DNA of 64,000 nt, from positions 5,993-69,992 of the forward strand of contig CALESB010000019.1 of NCBI GenBank assembly GCA_937906995.1. Reading direction: 5' to 3'. The stretch's first letter is position 1; each line of letters opens with the position of its first letter. The notes beneath the pieces were generated by a model. That model was not told the origin of the DNA, did not search any database, and was given only the letters and a program-made list of their open reading frames with translations. The translations under genes were made by a program, and so were the position numbers. This document shows positions 36,476-48,353 of this stretch, in pieces. This DNA is from an uncultured Sutterella sp. (GTDB taxonomy: Bacteria; Pseudomonadota; Gammaproteobacteria; Burkholderiales; Burkholderiaceae_F).

Positions 36476-36524
36476 TTTGATTTGGCCTTCATACAAGCCC
36501 TGGTATTATTGAAGGTTAGTCGGA

Positions 36525-36538
36525 CTCTCTCTCCGCCA
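36525..36538 (+). other. attR core: duplicated tRNA 3' end (tRNA-Ser-like)
   Basis: CTCTCTCTCCGCCA without the rest of a tRNA, at the phage/host boundary. Confidence 0.7.
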
Positions 36539-36605
36539 GACATCCTATATTTAGAGCGGTTGCGGTGCAGTTTTAACAAATGCCCGCCACTTATGCAGAT
36601 GATGA

Positions 36606-36640
36606 GAGCCGATCCTGATGAGATCGGCTTTTTGTTTTTA
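36606..36640 (+). terminator. Intrinsic terminator downstream of att
   Basis: AGCCGATC-CTGATGA-GATCGGCT-TTT. Confidence 0.7.
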
Positions 36641-36963
36641 TTCGTGTAAGAACGAACAGCCTCTATAATCGATTACGCTACAACAGTAAGAATCCGTTAC
36701 GATTTTTAGAGTGCTTCTTATTTAAAATTGCTCTAAGTGATTGATTTTTGTCGAGGAAGCTGTATAATTGGCAAAAGATAACAATAATAAAGGCACTTTT
36801 TAAAGTGCCTTTGTTGTTTTTATCTTCTGTCGGGTACGGGGAGAAGAAATTTTCACCGTACAAGCCCTCTGGTAGGCTCTACGTGAAGCGTCTGGAAGGG
36901 TGTTTGATGGGCCAAATGGCCCTTTTTTATTGCAAATTTTAGTAGCAAAGAGTTATTCAAAAG

Positions 36964-37539
36964 ATGAGTGAATCTACGACTGATTTGGTCTCGATGGTTG
37001 AACAAACCGTCACCGGCATGGGCTACGAGTTCGTCGACTTGGAGCATTTGCCGCGTGGCATGATCCGCGTCACAATGGACAGTTTAGAAGGCATTGGAGT
37101 GGATGATTGTGAGCGTGTCAGCAATCAATTGACCCACCTTTTCACAGTTGAAGAGGTCAATTATGAACGCCTCGAAGTCTCTTCTCCAGGTGTTGAACGT
37201 CCTTTAAAGCGTTTGGCTGATTGGAAGCGCTTTGTCGGTGCATTGGTTCACGTTGAACTTTTTGCTCCGTTAATTGCCGAAGGCTTCCCTGAGGCTGGCC
37301 GCCGTAAGTTAGACGGTCGCATTCAAGGTGTGGAAGGTGAAGGCATTGAGGCTAAGATCCAATTTTTATTTACGGATGAAAAGCCTGCTAAGACGCCGGC
37401 GCAAGCAGCTCGCGATCGTATTGCTATGAAGAAAAATGGCAAGAAGGCAGTAGCTATTGAACCCGTTCTCGTGAGTTTTACGATCGATCAAGTGGATCGA
37501 GCTCACTTGGTTGCAGAATTAAACTTCAAAGGAAAGTAA
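36964..37539 (+). CDS. rimP: Ribosome maturation factor RimP
   Basis: VDDCERVS, LEVSSPGVERPL. Confidence 0.95.
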   Translation: MSESTTDLVSMVEQTVTGMGYEFVDLEHLPRGMIRVTMDSLEGIGVDDCERVSNQLTHLFTVEEVNYERLEVSSPGVERPLKRLADWKRFVGALVHVELFAPLIAEGFPEAGRRKLDGRIQGVEGEGIEAKIQFLFTDEKPAKTPAQAARDRIAMKKNGKKAVAIEPVLVSFTIDQVDRAHLVAELNFKGK

Positions 37540-37542
37540 AAA

Positions 37543-39030
37543 ATGAATCGCGAAATGCTTGAAATGGTTGAAGTGTTGGCTCAAGAGAAGAACGTGCCTC
37601 GTGAGGTTGTCTTCGGTGTGCTCGAAACAGCTTTAGCCAGTGCTATTAAGAAGGCTAACTTCCAAGGTCAAGATGTTGACGTGGAGGTTTCTGTTAGCCG
37701 TGCTACGGGTGACTACCAGGCCTGGCGTCGTTGGGTTGTTGTTGCTGATGAAGATGGTTTGCAAGAACCTGATCGTCAAGAAATGTACTCTGACATTCAT
37801 GACGAATTCCCGGAATTGCAAGTTGGCGATTACATTCGCGAAGAAATTGAAAACATCAATAGTTCTGGTCGTCGCTTTGCTCAAGATGCTAAGCAAGTGA
37901 TTTTGCAACGCTTGCGCGATGCAGAACGTGAACAAATGTTGGTTGAATTCTTAGCTCGTGATGAAAAGATCATCTCTGGTCTTGTCAAGCGCATGGATAA
38001 GGGCGACGCCATTGTTGAAATCGGTAAGGTTGAAGCTCGCTTGCCGCGCTCTGAAATGTTACCGAAGGAAACGATGCGTCCTGGTGACCGTGTTCGTGCC
38101 TATGTTAACCGAGTTGATCGCACGAGTAAGGGGCAACAAGTGTTCTTGTCTCGTACGTGCCCGGAATTCATTAAGGAATTGTTTGCGCTTCAAGTTCCTG
38201 AAATCGAAGAAGGTCTTTTAGAGATCAAGAGTGCAGCTCGTGATCCCGGTAGCCGTGCAAAGATAGCTGTGCAAGCTAAGGATGCTCGTTTGGATCCGGT
38301 TGGTACTTGTATTGGTGTTCGTGGTACGCGCGTTAATGCTGTTTCTAACGAATTGGGCGGTGAACGTGTTGACATCGTTGTCTGGGACGATGAACCGGCA
38401 CAGTTTGTTGTGAGCGCTCTTGAGCCTGCTAAGGTCACCGGTGTGGTGATGCTCGAAGACACGCACACAATGGAAGTGGTTGTCGATGAAGACAATTTAG
38501 CTATCGCAATTGGTCGAGCTGGTCAAAACGTTCGTTTAGCTAGCGAATTGACGGGCTGGAAGATCGACATCATGACTAACGAAGAAGCCAATGCTAAGCG
38601 TGATGAAGAAACGGTCAAGATGCGTGAAGAATTTACGCAAAAGTTAGATGTTGACGCTGAAGTAGCAGACATCTTGATTGAAAACGGCTTCTCTTCTATT
38701 GAAGAAGTCGCTTATGTGCCAGAAGCTGAGCTTTTGGAAATTGAAGCTTTCGACGCCGATACGGTTAAGGAACTTCGCGAACGTGCCCGTAACAAGTGCT
38801 TGATGCAAGACTTGGAACGTGAAGAAAATTTGCGTCAAGCCGAACCGGAATTGCTTGACTTGGAAGGCATGGATAATGATTTGGTTAATGTGCTCGTGGC
38901 TCACGGTGTTAAGACGCGTGATGACCTCGCCGAATTAGCCGTTGACGAACTGGTGGAAATGAGTGGTATTGATGCTGATCGTGCCAGCAAATTGATTGTT
39001 GCAGCTCGTGCTCACTGGTTTAATAACTAA
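37543..39030 (+). CDS. nusA: Transcription factor NusA
   Basis: ARDPGSRAKIAV, AIGRAGQNVRLAS, ARAHWF. Confidence 0.98.
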   Translation: MNREMLEMVEVLAQEKNVPREVVFGVLETALASAIKKANFQGQDVDVEVSVSRATGDYQAWRRWVVVADEDGLQEPDRQEMYSDIHDEFPELQVGDYIREEIENINSSGRRFAQDAKQVILQRLRDAEREQMLVEFLARDEKIISGLVKRMDKGDAIVEIGKVEARLPRSEMLPKETMRPGDRVRAYVNRVDRTSKGQQVFLSRTCPEFIKELFALQVPEIEEGLLEIKSAARDPGSRAKIAVQAKDARLDPVGTCIGVRGTRVNAVSNELGGERVDIVVWDDEPAQFVVSALEPAKVTGVVMLEDTHTMEVVVDEDNLAIAIGRAGQNVRLASELTGWKIDIMTNEEANAKRDEETVKMREEFTQKLDVDAEVADILIENGFSSIEEVAYVPEAELLEIEAFDADTVKELRERARNKCLMQDLEREENLRQAEPELLDLEGMDNDLVNVLVAHGVKTRDDLAELAVDELVEMSGIDADRASKLIVAARAHWFNN

Positions 39031-39085
39031 GCGCTCTTTGTAAACGACTTAACATGACGTTTAACAGAGAACGAAAGGAAGGATT

Positions 39086-41842
39086 ATGGCAAGTTCGACA
39101 GTATTAGAGTTAGCCAAAGAAATGAATTTAACCACTCATGAGATGCTTGAGCAACTCAAGAGTGCTGGTATCGAAAAAACAAGCGAAACCGACGGAGTTA
39201 CCGACGGTGATAAGCGTCGTTTGATTGACTTTTTGCGTACCGATCGACAAGCTAAGCCGCGTAAGATCACTTTAACTCGTAAAGAAACGACGACGGTCAA
39301 GCAAGCCGATGGTCAACATACGGTAAAAGTCGAAGTGCGTCGTAAGCGTGTATTGGTGAAAAACTCGGCTGCTGCATCAAATGCTCGAGAAGAGGCTATT
39401 GCTCAAGAGCGTGCTCGTGCAATGGAAGAGGCTCGCGCCAAGATGCAAGCTGAAGCCGAAGCCAAGCGCAAGGCTGAAGAAGCAGCTCGTGCAGAAGCAG
39501 AAGCCAAGCGTAAGGCTGAGGAAGAGGCTCGCATTAAGGCCGCAGAAGAGGCCGCTCGTGCTGAAGCTTTAGCTAAGAAAAAAGCTGAAGAAGAAAAGGC
39601 AAAGGCTCTAGAAGCACAAAAGGCACAAGAAAAGGCAGAACAAGCTCGTAAGGCAAAAGAAGCTCAAGCTAAGGCAGAGGCAGAACAGATGAAGCGACGC
39701 GAAGAAGCTAAGCGTAAGGCAGAGGAAGAAGCTCGTGCCATTCGTGAAATGATGAGTAAGCCCAAGACGGGCGTTCAAAAGGCAAAGCCCGAACCCAAGA
39801 AGCAAGACGGCAAAAAGCCGGCTGATAAGAAAAAGGGCAATAAGAACACGATGCAACAAGATCGTGACGATGACAATGGTGGCAAGAAAAAGGGTGGTAG
39901 CAAGCACGCAGGCGGCAACCACACGAATAATTCCAGTAAGTGGGAAGAAAGTAAGCACCGTGGCAATCGTGGCAATGCTCGCGTGATGGACGAACAAGGC
40001 GAAGAATGGCGTGGCGGTAACCGTAAAAAGGGTGGTCGTCGCCATGAACAAAATAAGCAACAACAGGTTCAAAATACAGAACCCGTGGTTCGTGAAGTGA
40101 GCGTTCCGGAAACGGTTAGTGTGGCTGACTTGGCCCACAAAATGGCTGTTAAGGCAACCGAAGTCATCAAGTGCTTGATGAAGATGGGCCAAATGTGCAC
40201 CATCAACCAAATGTTGGACCAAGATACGGCCATGTTGGTTGTTGAAGAAATGGGCCATAAAGCTATTGCAGCTAAGCCCGATGATCCTGAAGCCATTTTG
40301 GGCGACATGATGCAAGAAAACACGGCAGAAGCTTTACCGCGTCCGCCGGTGGTGACCATTATGGGTCACGTTGACCACGGTAAGACGAGTTTGTTGGACT
40401 ACATCCGTCGTGCCAAGGTTGCTCAAGGCGAAGCCGGTGGTATTACTCAACACATCGGTGCTTATCACGTTAAGACTCCGCGCGGTATTGTGACCTTCTT
40501 GGACACGCCGGGGCACGAAGCCTTTACTGCCATGCGTGCTCGTGGTGCTCAAGCCACGGATATCGTGATTTTGGTGGTGGCCGCCGATGACGGTGTGATG
40601 CCGCAAACCAAGGAAGCTATCGCTCACTCGAAGGCCGCAGGCGTGCCGATGGTGGTGGCCATCAATAAGATCGATAAACCGGAAGCTAACCCAGAACGCG
40701 TTAAGCAAGAACTTGTTCAAAACGACGTGATGCCGGAAGACTGGGGTGGTGATGTTCCGTTTATCCCGGTGTCAGCCAAGACTGGCCAAGGCGTGGACGA
40801 ATTGTTAGAAAACGTCCTTTTGCAAGCTGAAATGCTTGAATTGAAGGCTCCTCGTGAAGGTTTAGCTCGCGGTTTAGTGGTTGAATCTCGCTTGGATAAG
40901 GGTCGTGGTCCTGTGGCCTCTATTTTGGTTCAAGCCGGTACGCTTCACCGTGGTGACATCGTTTTGGCCGGTGCTGAATTTGGTCGTGTCCGTGCCATGA
41001 TTAATGAATTGGGTAAGGCTGTTAATGAAGCTGGTCCTTCTATTCCGGTGGAAATTCAAGGTTTGTCTGGCGTGCCGCACGCTGGTGACGAAATCATGGT
41101 ATTGCCTGATGAACGTAAGGCTCGTGAAATTGCTTTGTTCCGTCAAGGTAAGTACCGCGATGTGAAGTTGGCTAAGAAGCAAGCTGCCAAGCTTGAAAAC
41201 CTCTTCTCTGATGCCGCCAATGGCGATGTGAAGAGCTTGGCTTTGATTGTTAAGGCTGACGTTCAAGGTTCCACGGAAGCTATCGTTCATGCATTGACGA
41301 AGTTGTCTACGGAAGAAGTTCGTGTTCAAGTGGTTCACCAAGCTGTTGGTGGTATCACGGAAAACGACGTGAACTTGGCATTGGCTAGCCAGGCTGTCAT
41401 CATTGGCTTTAACGTGCGAGCAGATGCTCCTGCCCGTAAGTTAGCGGAAGTTGAAGGCGTGGATATTCGTTACTACAACATCATTTACGATGCCGTTGAT
41501 GATGTGAAGGCTGCTATGAGCGGTATGTTGACGCCTGAAAAGCGCGAAACGATGTTGGGTATGGTGGAAATCCGTCAATGTATCCGTGTGCCGAAGGTCG
41601 GTATGGTGGCTGGCTGTAAGGTCTTGGAAGGCGTTGTTAAGCGCTCTGCCTCTGCTCGCTTGTTGCGTGACAGCGTGGTCATTTGGACGGGTGAATTGGC
41701 CAGCCTTCGTCACTTCAAGGACGACGTGCGTGAAGTCAAGGCCGGTATGGAATGCGGCTTGTCACTTAAGGGCTATGACGACATCAAGGAAAACGACCAA
41801 CTCGAAATCTTTGAAGTTACGGAAGTTGCCCGTACGTTGTAA
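39086..41842 (+). CDS. infB: Translation initiation factor IF-2
   Basis: [30 protein letters not shown]. Confidence 0.98.
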   Translation: MASSTVLELAKEMNLTTHEMLEQLKSAGIEKTSETDGVTDGDKRRLIDFLRTDRQAKPRKITLTRKETTTVKQADGQHTVKVEVRRKRVLVKNSAAASNAREEAIAQERARAMEEARAKMQAEAEAKRKAEEAARAEAEAKRKAEEEARIKAAEEAARAEALAKKKAEEEKAKALEAQKAQEKAEQARKAKEAQAKAEAEQMKRREEAKRKAEEEARAIREMMSKPKTGVQKAKPEPKKQDGKKPADKKKGNKNTMQQDRDDDNGGKKKGGSKHAGGNHTNNSSKWEESKHRGNRGNARVMDEQGEEWRGGNRKKGGRRHEQNKQQQVQNTEPVVREVSVPETVSVADLAHKMAVKATEVIKCLMKMGQMCTINQMLDQDTAMLVVEEMGHKAIAAKPDDPEAILGDMMQENTAEALPRPPVVTIMGHVDHGKTSLLDYIRRAKVAQGEAGGITQHIGAYHVKTPRGIVTFLDTPGHEAFTAMRARGAQATDIVILVVAADDGVMPQTKEAIAHSKAAGVPMVVAINKIDKPEANPERVKQELVQNDVMPEDWGGDVPFIPVSAKTGQGVDELLENVLLQAEMLELKAPREGLARGLVVESRLDKGRGPVASILVQAGTLHRGDIVLAGAEFGRVRAMINELGKAVNEAGPSIPVEIQGLSGVPHAGDEIMVLPDERKAREIALFRQGKYRDVKLAKKQAAKLENLFSDAANGDVKSLALIVKADVQGSTEAIVHALTKLSTEEVRVQVVHQAVGGITENDVNLALASQAVIIGFNVRADAPARKLAEVEGVDIRYYNIIYDAVDDVKAAMSGMLTPEKRETMLGMVEIRQCIRVPKVGMVAGCKVLEGVVKRSASARLLRDSVVIWTGELASLRHFKDDVREVKAGMECGLSLKGYDDIKENDQLEIFEVTEVARTL

Positions 41843-41909
41843 TCATGGTGTGTTTGCTACCTAAGCGAGTTGCTTGGGTAGCGAACCTTCAGTTTGAAAG
41901 GATGAATAG

Positions 41910-42269
41910 ATGAGAGCTGCAAAACCCGGTCGCGCTCAACGTGTGGCTGATCAGATCCAACGAGATCTCGCTCGCTTGATTCCGCAAGAAGTCCGAGATC
42001 CTCGCGTGGGCTTGGTAACCTTAACGGGTTGTGAAATTACGCCGGACTATGCTCATGCGAAGGTTTATTTCACCGTTATTGGTGCAGAACCAGAGCAAGC
42101 TCGTCAAGGTTTAAATGCTGCGGCAGGTATGTTGCGCAATCACTTATTTAAGTTATTGCAAATTCATACGGTGCCGACGTTGCATTTCGAGCATGATGAA
42201 AGTGTTGCTCGTGGCTTTGAAATGGATCAAATCATTGCTAAGGCAATGAAAGTCACGAAAGGCGAGTGA
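41910..42269 (+). CDS. rbfA: Ribosome-binding factor A
   Basis: RVADQIQR..DPR..AKVYF..VPTLHF. Confidence 0.96.
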   Translation: MRAAKPGRAQRVADQIQRDLARLIPQEVRDPRVGLVTLTGCEITPDYAHAKVYFTVIGAEPEQARQGLNAAAGMLRNHLFKLLQIHTVPTLHFEHDESVARGFEMDQIIAKAMKVTKGE

Positions 42270-43186
42270 TGCGACGTAAAGGCAAGGCCATTGATGGAGT
42301 GCTTCTTTTAGATAAAGCTTATGGGGAGTCCTCCAACGCTGCATTACAAACGGCTCGTCGCATTTTTAATGCCCAAAAAGCAGGGCATACCGGAACACTT
42401 GACCCTTTGGCAAGTGGCTTGTTACCAGTGACATTTGGTGAGGCAACGAAGTATTCTGCGGATTTACTTCATGCTGACAAAACCTATATTGCTGGTGTGA
42501 AGTTAGGTGTGACGACCACAACGGGTGACCTTGAGGGGGAATTCGTTGAAACAAAACCGGTGAGCGTGACAACGGAAACGTTAAACGCTGTGCTTGACAC
42601 GTTCCGTGGAGACATTATGCAAGTGCCTCCGATGTACTCCGCTCTTAAGCGAGATGGCAAGACGCTTTACGACTTAGCTCGAGCAGGCGTTGAAATTGAA
42701 CGTGAAGCACGTCAGGTACGAATTGAAGCGTTAAATGTGATTTCTTTTGAGGATGAACTTTTAACGATTGAGGTAACGTGCTCTAAAGGAACCTACATTC
42801 GAGTTTTAGCCGAGGACATTGGCAAGGCTTTAGGCTGTGGGGCTCACTTGGCCAGTCTGCGACGCACTCGTGTTGGGGATTTGACCATTGAAGGTGCGGT
42901 AACGATTGCTCAATTAAAGGCAACGGCACCGGAGTCTTTAGGGGCTTATCTAAAGCCAGTAGATGCGTTGATGCAAACGTTACCTGCTGTGCATTTAAAT
43001 GAAAATGATACGGTTCGTTTTTGTCATGGCCAACGCTTGCCGTTGGGGCTGGCAGCTTGCGACCGTGTCCGCGTGTATGGCGCGGATCAACAAATGGTGG
43101 GAACGGCCCGCGTTAATGAGCGCGGTGTGCTTGAACCTGAACGATTAATTGCCAATAAGAAAGAAATTGAGGCAAAACATGACTAG
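42269..43186 (+). CDS. truB: tRNA pseudouridine(55) synthase
   Basis: KAGHTGTLDPLASG, PPMYSALK, CSKGTYIR. Confidence 0.97.
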   Translation: MRRKGKAIDGVLLLDKAYGESSNAALQTARRIFNAQKAGHTGTLDPLASGLLPVTFGEATKYSADLLHADKTYIAGVKLGVTTTTGDLEGEFVETKPVSVTTETLNAVLDTFRGDIMQVPPMYSALKRDGKTLYDLARAGVEIEREARQVRIEALNVISFEDELLTIEVTCSKGTYIRVLAEDIGKALGCGAHLASLRRTRVGDLTIEGAVTIAQLKATAPESLGAYLKPVDALMQTLPAVHLNENDTVRFCHGQRLPLGLAACDRVRVYGADQQMVGTARVNERGVLEPERLIANKKEIEAKHD

Positions 43187-45026
43187 TACTCGTGCGATTC
43201 GCAATATTGCGATTATTGCTCACGTTGACCATGGTAAGACGACGATGGTTGACAAACTTTTGCGAGCTGCCGGCACTTTCCGTGCCAACCAAGAAGTGGC
43301 AGAACGCGTAATGGACAGTGGTGACTTGGAACGCGAACGCGGTATCACCATTTTGGCTAAGAACTGCGCAGTCGAATACGAGGGTACGCACATTAACATC
43401 ATCGATACCCCGGGGCACGCTGACTTCGGTGGCGAAGTCGAACGTGTGTTGTCCATGGTCGACGGTGTGTTGTTGTTGGTTGATGCTGTTGAAGGCCCGA
43501 TGCCACAAACGCGCTTTGTGACGCGTAAGGCTTTGGCTTTAGGTTTGAAGCCGATCGTTGTGATCAATAAGATTGACCGCCCGGGCTCCCGTCCGGATTG
43601 GGTTTTAAACCAAACGTTTGACCTTTTCGATAAGTTGGGCGCTACGGAAGAACAATTGGACTTCCCTGTGATCTATGCCTCTGCTTTGGAAGGTGTGGCC
43701 GGTTTCTCTGAAGATATTGAAGAGTTGAAGAAGATCGGCAATATGCGTGCTATTTTCGATACGGTTATCGAAAAGGTGCCGGTGCGTGATGATGACCCGA
43801 ATGCTCCGTTGCAATTGCAAATTTGTTCTTTGGACTACTCTAGCTACGTTGGTAAGATCGGTATCGGTCGTGTGCACCGTGGCCGTATCCATGCCGGTTC
43901 TGAAGTTTGCATTATGAACGGTCCGGACGATACGCCCAAGAAGGTTAAAGTCAATCAATTGTTGATGTTCCAAGGTTTGGATCGTAAGTTGGTGGATTCT
44001 GCTGAAGCCGGCGACATTGTTTTGGTTAACGGTATCGAAGAATTGTCTATCGGTACGACCATTACGGATGTGAATCAACCGGAAGGTTTGCCGCTATTGA
44101 AGGTTGATGAACCGACTTTGTCCATGAACTTCCAAGTCAATACGAGCCCCTTGGCTGGTCGTGAAGGCAAGTTTGTGACGTCTCGTCAAATTCGCGAACG
44201 TTTAGAGCGTGAATTAAAGTCCAACGTTGCTATGCGCATGAAAGAAACGGATGATGAAACCGTTTTCGAAGTGGCCGGTCGTGGTGAATTGCACTTGACG
44301 ATTTTGATTGAAAACATGCGTCGTGAAGGCTATGAATTGGCCGTGTCTCGCCCACGTGTTTTGATGAAGGAAGTCGATGGCGTTAAGTTGGAACCGTATG
44401 AAGTTTTGACGGTTGACGTTGAAGAAGACCATCAAGGCGCTGTGATGGAAGAATTGGGTCGTCGTAAGGGTGACCTTCAAGACATGCAACCGGACGGCAA
44501 GGGTCGTGTTCGCTTGGAATACCGTATCCCGGCTCGTGGCTTGATTGGCTTCCAAAGTGAATTCATGACGATGTGCCGTGGTACGGGTATCATGAGTCAC
44601 GTTTTTGATGACTATGGTCCGATCAAAGAAGGTGATGTCGGTGAACGTCGCAATGGCGTCTTGATTAGCCAAGACGACGGTGATGCTGTTGCTTACGCTT
44701 TGTGGAAGTTGCAAGATCGTGGTCGCATGTTCGTTAAGCCTGGTGACAAGCTCTACGAAGGTATGATTATTGGTATCCATGCTCGTGATAACGACATCGT
44801 TGTGAACCCGATCCGTGGCAAGCAATTAACCAACATTCGTGCCTCTGGTACGGACGAAGCTATCCGCTTAGTGCCGCCGGTTCAATTGACGCTTGAAGGT
44901 GCCGTTGAATTCATCAATGATGACGAATTGGTTGAGGTGACGCCGAAGACCATTCGTTTGCGTAAGCGTTATTTGACCGAAATCGATCGTCGCCGTCACG
45001 CTCGCGCCGAACGCGATGGTCAATAA
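43179..45026 (+). CDS. typA: Translational GTPase TypA/BipA
   Basis: [30 protein letters not shown]. Confidence 0.98.
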   Translation: MTSTRAIRNIAIIAHVDHGKTTMVDKLLRAAGTFRANQEVAERVMDSGDLERERGITILAKNCAVEYEGTHINIIDTPGHADFGGEVERVLSMVDGVLLLVDAVEGPMPQTRFVTRKALALGLKPIVVINKIDRPGSRPDWVLNQTFDLFDKLGATEEQLDFPVIYASALEGVAGFSEDIEELKKIGNMRAIFDTVIEKVPVRDDDPNAPLQLQICSLDYSSYVGKIGIGRVHRGRIHAGSEVCIMNGPDDTPKKVKVNQLLMFQGLDRKLVDSAEAGDIVLVNGIEELSIGTTITDVNQPEGLPLLKVDEPTLSMNFQVNTSPLAGREGKFVTSRQIRERLERELKSNVAMRMKETDDETVFEVAGRGELHLTILIENMRREGYELAVSRPRVLMKEVDGVKLEPYEVLTVDVEEDHQGAVMEELGRRKGDLQDMQPDGKGRVRLEYRIPARGLIGFQSEFMTMCRGTGIMSHVFDDYGPIKEGDVGERRNGVLISQDDGDAVAYALWKLQDRGRMFVKPGDKLYEGMIIGIHARDNDIVVNPIRGKQLTNIRASGTDEAIRLVPPVQLTLEGAVEFINDDELVEVTPKTIRLRKRYLTEIDRRRHARAERDGQ

Positions 45027-45045
45027 GACTGATTTTTAATCGGTT

Positions 45046-45429
45046 ATGAAAAAAAAGAAAGCGCCCGCATTATGTCCTTGCGGTAGTTCTTTGAGCTACG
45101 AGGACTGTTGCGGGCGGTTTCATGAGGGTGAGGTGCCACCAACGGCTCTTGCTCTTATGAAAAGTCGTTATTCGGCTTTTGTAAAAGGCGACTCGCAATA
45201 CTTATTGAAGACTTGGCATTCGTCGACTCGTCCAGCAGAACTCCAGTTGGATGATCCGATTAAATGGTTAGGTCTTGAAATTAAGGATTGGGAAGAAGCC
45301 GGTGACGCAGCAACGGTAACGTTTGTTGCGCGTGGAAAATTGCAAGGGCGCGCCTTTCGACAGGAAGAAAAGAGCCGTTTTGTGCGTGAAAACGGATTTT
45401 GGTTTTATGTCGATGGAGACGTTGAATAA
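45046..45429 (+). CDS. ychJ: YchJ family SEC-C protein
   Basis: CPCGS..CC, LMKSRYSAF, WFYVDG. Confidence 0.9.
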   Translation: MKKKKAPALCPCGSSLSYEDCCGRFHEGEVPPTALALMKSRYSAFVKGDSQYLLKTWHSSTRPAELQLDDPIKWLGLEIKDWEEAGDAATVTFVARGKLQGRAFRQEEKSRFVRENGFWFYVDGDVE

Positions 45430-46178
45430 TGGCGCTAATGGACAATCCTAAGCACATATTGGAAGGGGCTTTGTTGACGAGCGAAACGGCTTTGTCAATT
45501 CAAAGCCTTCGTTTGTGTTTAGACAAGCGCTACAGTCGGATTGAAGTACATGCCATGTTAATTGAACTCCAACAGGAGTGGAAAGATAGGGCATTGGAAC
45601 TTAAAGAGGTTGGTGAAGGGCTGTGGCGCTTTCAGTCCGTTGCGCAAATGCGTGACATTTTAGAAAAACTTCACCCAGAAGAGGCACCGAAATATACGCG
45701 AACTGTCATGGAAACTTTAGCGGTTATTGCGTATCGACAGCCGGTCACCCGAGGTGACATTGAAAGAATTCGTGGCGTGACAGTCAATGCGAACGCCATT
45801 AAAACGCTCATGGATCGAAATTGGATTGAAGTGATTGGGCGTCGTGAGACGGTTGGGCATCCGGAGTTATTTGCTACAACGCGTCAATTTTTATTGGATC
45901 TTGGGCTCAATAGTTTGCAAGAGTTGCCATCCATTGGTCCACGAGATGAAGCACCGCAAGAGGATTTTGAATTTTTTGACGGTCAAACTGAAGAGTTGGC
46001 TCTAGAAGCGGCTCCAGCAGCGGATTATTTGGCAGCTATTGATGCTGAACATTCCAAGTTAGAAGACATGGCCTTGCCTTTAATGAAGGCCATTGAAAAC
46101 GAACAATTGCAAAAGAAGGACGAAGACAATCCGTCCTTATCCTTAGAGGAACAAAGTGATGAGAACAACCACGGGTAG
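45429..46178 (+). CDS. scpB: SMC-Scp complex subunit ScpB
   Basis: [22 protein letters not shown]. Confidence 0.95.
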   Translation: MALMDNPKHILEGALLTSETALSIQSLRLCLDKRYSRIEVHAMLIELQQEWKDRALELKEVGEGLWRFQSVAQMRDILEKLHPEEAPKYTRTVMETLAVIAYRQPVTRGDIERIRGVTVNANAIKTLMDRNWIEVIGRRETVGHPELFATTRQFLLDLGLNSLQELPSIGPRDEAPQEDFEFFDGQTEELALEAAPAADYLAAIDAEHSKLEDMALPLMKAIENEQLQKKDEDNPSLSLEEQSDENNHG

Positions 46179-47349
46179 AAAGCCTCGAGTGCAAGGCGCT
46201 CGCGCTGGACAACGTCCGCAAAAAAATACGCCATTTCGAGCACCTGCTAAGAAAACTCAACCGATGCGTCAAGTAAGACCCTTAGCGCAAGAAGCATTGC
46301 AAGCAGCTACGCCTCGCGTGGTCGATACAACAAATTCCGAGAAGTTGCAAAAGGTATTGGCTGATGCTGGTTTAGGCTCTCGTCGCGATATGGAAGCCTT
46401 AATTGCTACGGGTGTGGTCACGATTAATGGTGACGTGGCAAAGGTCGGCGACCGCGTGCGAGCCAATGACATGATTCGTGTTAAGGGTCGATTGGTTAAG
46501 CGCAATTTCTCTCAAGAGGCCGATGCTCCTCGTGTTTTGCTCTACCACAAGCCAGCGGGTGAAATCGTTTCTATGGACGACCCTGAAGGTCGTGCGAGTG
46601 TCTTTGATCGTCTCCCTAGAGTGCAAGGTGCTCGTTGGATTGCGGTGGGGCGTTTGGACTTTAATACAGAAGGTGTGTTGCTATTTACGACAAGTGGTGA
46701 ATTTGCCAATATGTTGATGCACCCACGCTATCGTATTGAACGTGAGTATGCAGTGCGTGTACAAGGTGAGTTGACAGAAGAGAGCAAAGAAAAGCTCTTA
46801 AAGGGTGTCAAACTTGATGATGGTATTGCACAATTTTCCCGCGTAGAAGACATTGGGGGCGTGTCATCTAACCACTGGTATCGAGTGACGTTGGCTGAAG
46901 GCCGCAACCGTGAAGTGCGTCGTACATTTGAAGCGGTTGGCTTAACGGTATCGCGTTTGATTCGAGTTCGCTTTGGTGCCGTTCTTTTACCAAAAGACTT
47001 ACCCCGTGGCGCTAAGATGGAATTGTCTGAAGAGTGGGTTAAGGGCTGGATTAATGACTTAAAGGCTGGTAAAGCCCGTGGTGGTGTTGTGCCTGAAGTT
47101 CAAGAGCGCCTCACTCGTAATGGTCGCATTGAAAAGACGCAAGCGGCAGATGATACGAAGACCCGTAGTGGGTTGCGTGCAAAGGCTGGCATCGGTGCGA
47201 ATAAGGGCGGACGCAAGTTTGCCTCTCGTAAAGATATTTTTGATAAAGGCTACGAAGGTTTGGCCGAAAGTAAAAAGCGTGTTAAAAAACGTACGGCCGA
47301 TAAGACGATTGAGCGTCCGGCACGTCGTACGAACAAACGTTACGCGTAA
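46159..47349 (+). CDS. rluB: 23S rRNA pseudouridine synthase RluB
   Basis: KLQKVLA..GSRR S4 domain, [19 protein letters not shown]. Confidence 0.93.
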   Translation: MRTTTGRKPRVQGARAGQRPQKNTPFRAPAKKTQPMRQVRPLAQEALQAATPRVVDTTNSEKLQKVLADAGLGSRRDMEALIATGVVTINGDVAKVGDRVRANDMIRVKGRLVKRNFSQEADAPRVLLYHKPAGEIVSMDDPEGRASVFDRLPRVQGARWIAVGRLDFNTEGVLLFTTSGEFANMLMHPRYRIEREYAVRVQGELTEESKEKLLKGVKLDDGIAQFSRVEDIGGVSSNHWYRVTLAEGRNREVRRTFEAVGLTVSRLIRVRFGAVLLPKDLPRGAKMELSEEWVKGWINDLKAGKARGGVVPEVQERLTRNGRIEKTQAADDTKTRSGLRAKAGIGANKGGRKFASRKDIFDKGYEGLAESKKRVKKRTADKTIERPARRTNKRYA

Positions 47350-47550
47350 GATCGGCCCTTTGGGCTAGTTTTGCTAGCCTTTTATCTAAGAGCTCTCCGT
47401 TAAAATGGATTAACGGGGAGTTTTCTTTGGTAAATCAAAAAGATATTTATCCAAAATACATAATCCAATGGTGGAGCTTTATTTGTTATTTCAACACCAT
47501 ATAAATGTATGTTTTGGTAAGATCTGCATTATTTTTTAATTTATTGAGTT

Positions 47551-48138
47551 ATGTTAAAGCTTCAAGGAACTGTAGAGCCTTTAGGAAAAGGGCTTCATCG
47601 TACTTGCTATCCTCATCCAGAGTTTCCGGATCGTTGTATTAAGGTTGTCCATAATTTTGGTAAAGGTGGGGCTAAGGAAATCGTCCGAGAAATTTCCTAT
47701 TACGAACATCTGCAAACCTATTTAGCGGATTGGAGCGGTTTGCCATGCTACTACGGTACGGTTGAAACGGACTGTGGTAAAGGGTATATCTACGATCGCA
47801 TTATTGACTTTGATGGTCAAGCCTCTCGCACATTGCAAGCAACTTATGATGGTAAAAAGTTGAGCGAGGAGGAAAAAGATGAGTTGCGTGAAATGTTGCG
47901 CGAATTTAAGCAATATCTTCGTGACAATCATATTGTGACGATGACACTTAAGCCCTATAACATTCTTTGCCAACGCATTAGCAAAGATAAAACTCGTTTG
48001 GTGGTTTGCGACAATATTGGTGAAGCCTCCTTTATTCCGGTTGCTACACATATCAAGTTCTTTGCCCATTTGCGTCATGAGCGCTATTGGAAGAGATTTT
48101 TAAAGCAACCGTTAATTGTTAAGTTAGAGCTTTTCTAA
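47551..48138 (+). CDS. yrbL: YrbL-family kinase-like protein
   Basis: LGKGLHRTCY.HP..CIKV, YYGTVETDCG.G motifs. Confidence 0.8.
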   Translation: MLKLQGTVEPLGKGLHRTCYPHPEFPDRCIKVVHNFGKGGAKEIVREISYYEHLQTYLADWSGLPCYYGTVETDCGKGYIYDRIIDFDGQASRTLQATYDGKKLSEEEKDELREMLREFKQYLRDNHIVTMTLKPYNILCQRISKDKTRLVVCDNIGEASFIPVATHIKFFAHLRHERYWKRFLKQPLIVKLELF

Positions 48139-48353
48139 AATCGGTCATCGATTGTTTCGCTCTTAATTGACAATAAGAAAATAAAAGACAGCAGGAGAAT
48201 ATCTTGCTGTTTTTTATTTCATAAAATTTAATCAGTCTGTTTTAGTTGAAAAAGACAAAAAATCAATAATGTACTACTTTAATCGTGAGCACTTTTTATA
48301 GTGAGAATCCTTTAAAATGAGGCTTTATTTAAGAACTATAAGCTGAATATTGA

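Larger units (their letters stand above)
1..36538. mobile_element. Prophage (HK97-like head, Mu-like contractile tail); left end and integrase outside window
   Basis: Contiguous lambdoid gene order (recombination, cI/cro, replication, Q, terminase, head, tail, lysis) ending at a tRNA 3'-end remnant, followed by housekeeping genes. Confidence 0.96.

Noticed and set aside
36541..36605. Possible ncRNA just after att
   Set aside because: Only a weak stem; no family recognised; probably tRNA trailer
39380..39740. Repetitive DNA in infB
   Set aside because: Normal Ala/Glu/Lys-rich IF-2 linker, not a CRISPR or mobile repeat
39608..44825. Multiple long antisense ORFs over infB and typA
   Set aside because: Shadow ORFs of highly expressed genes
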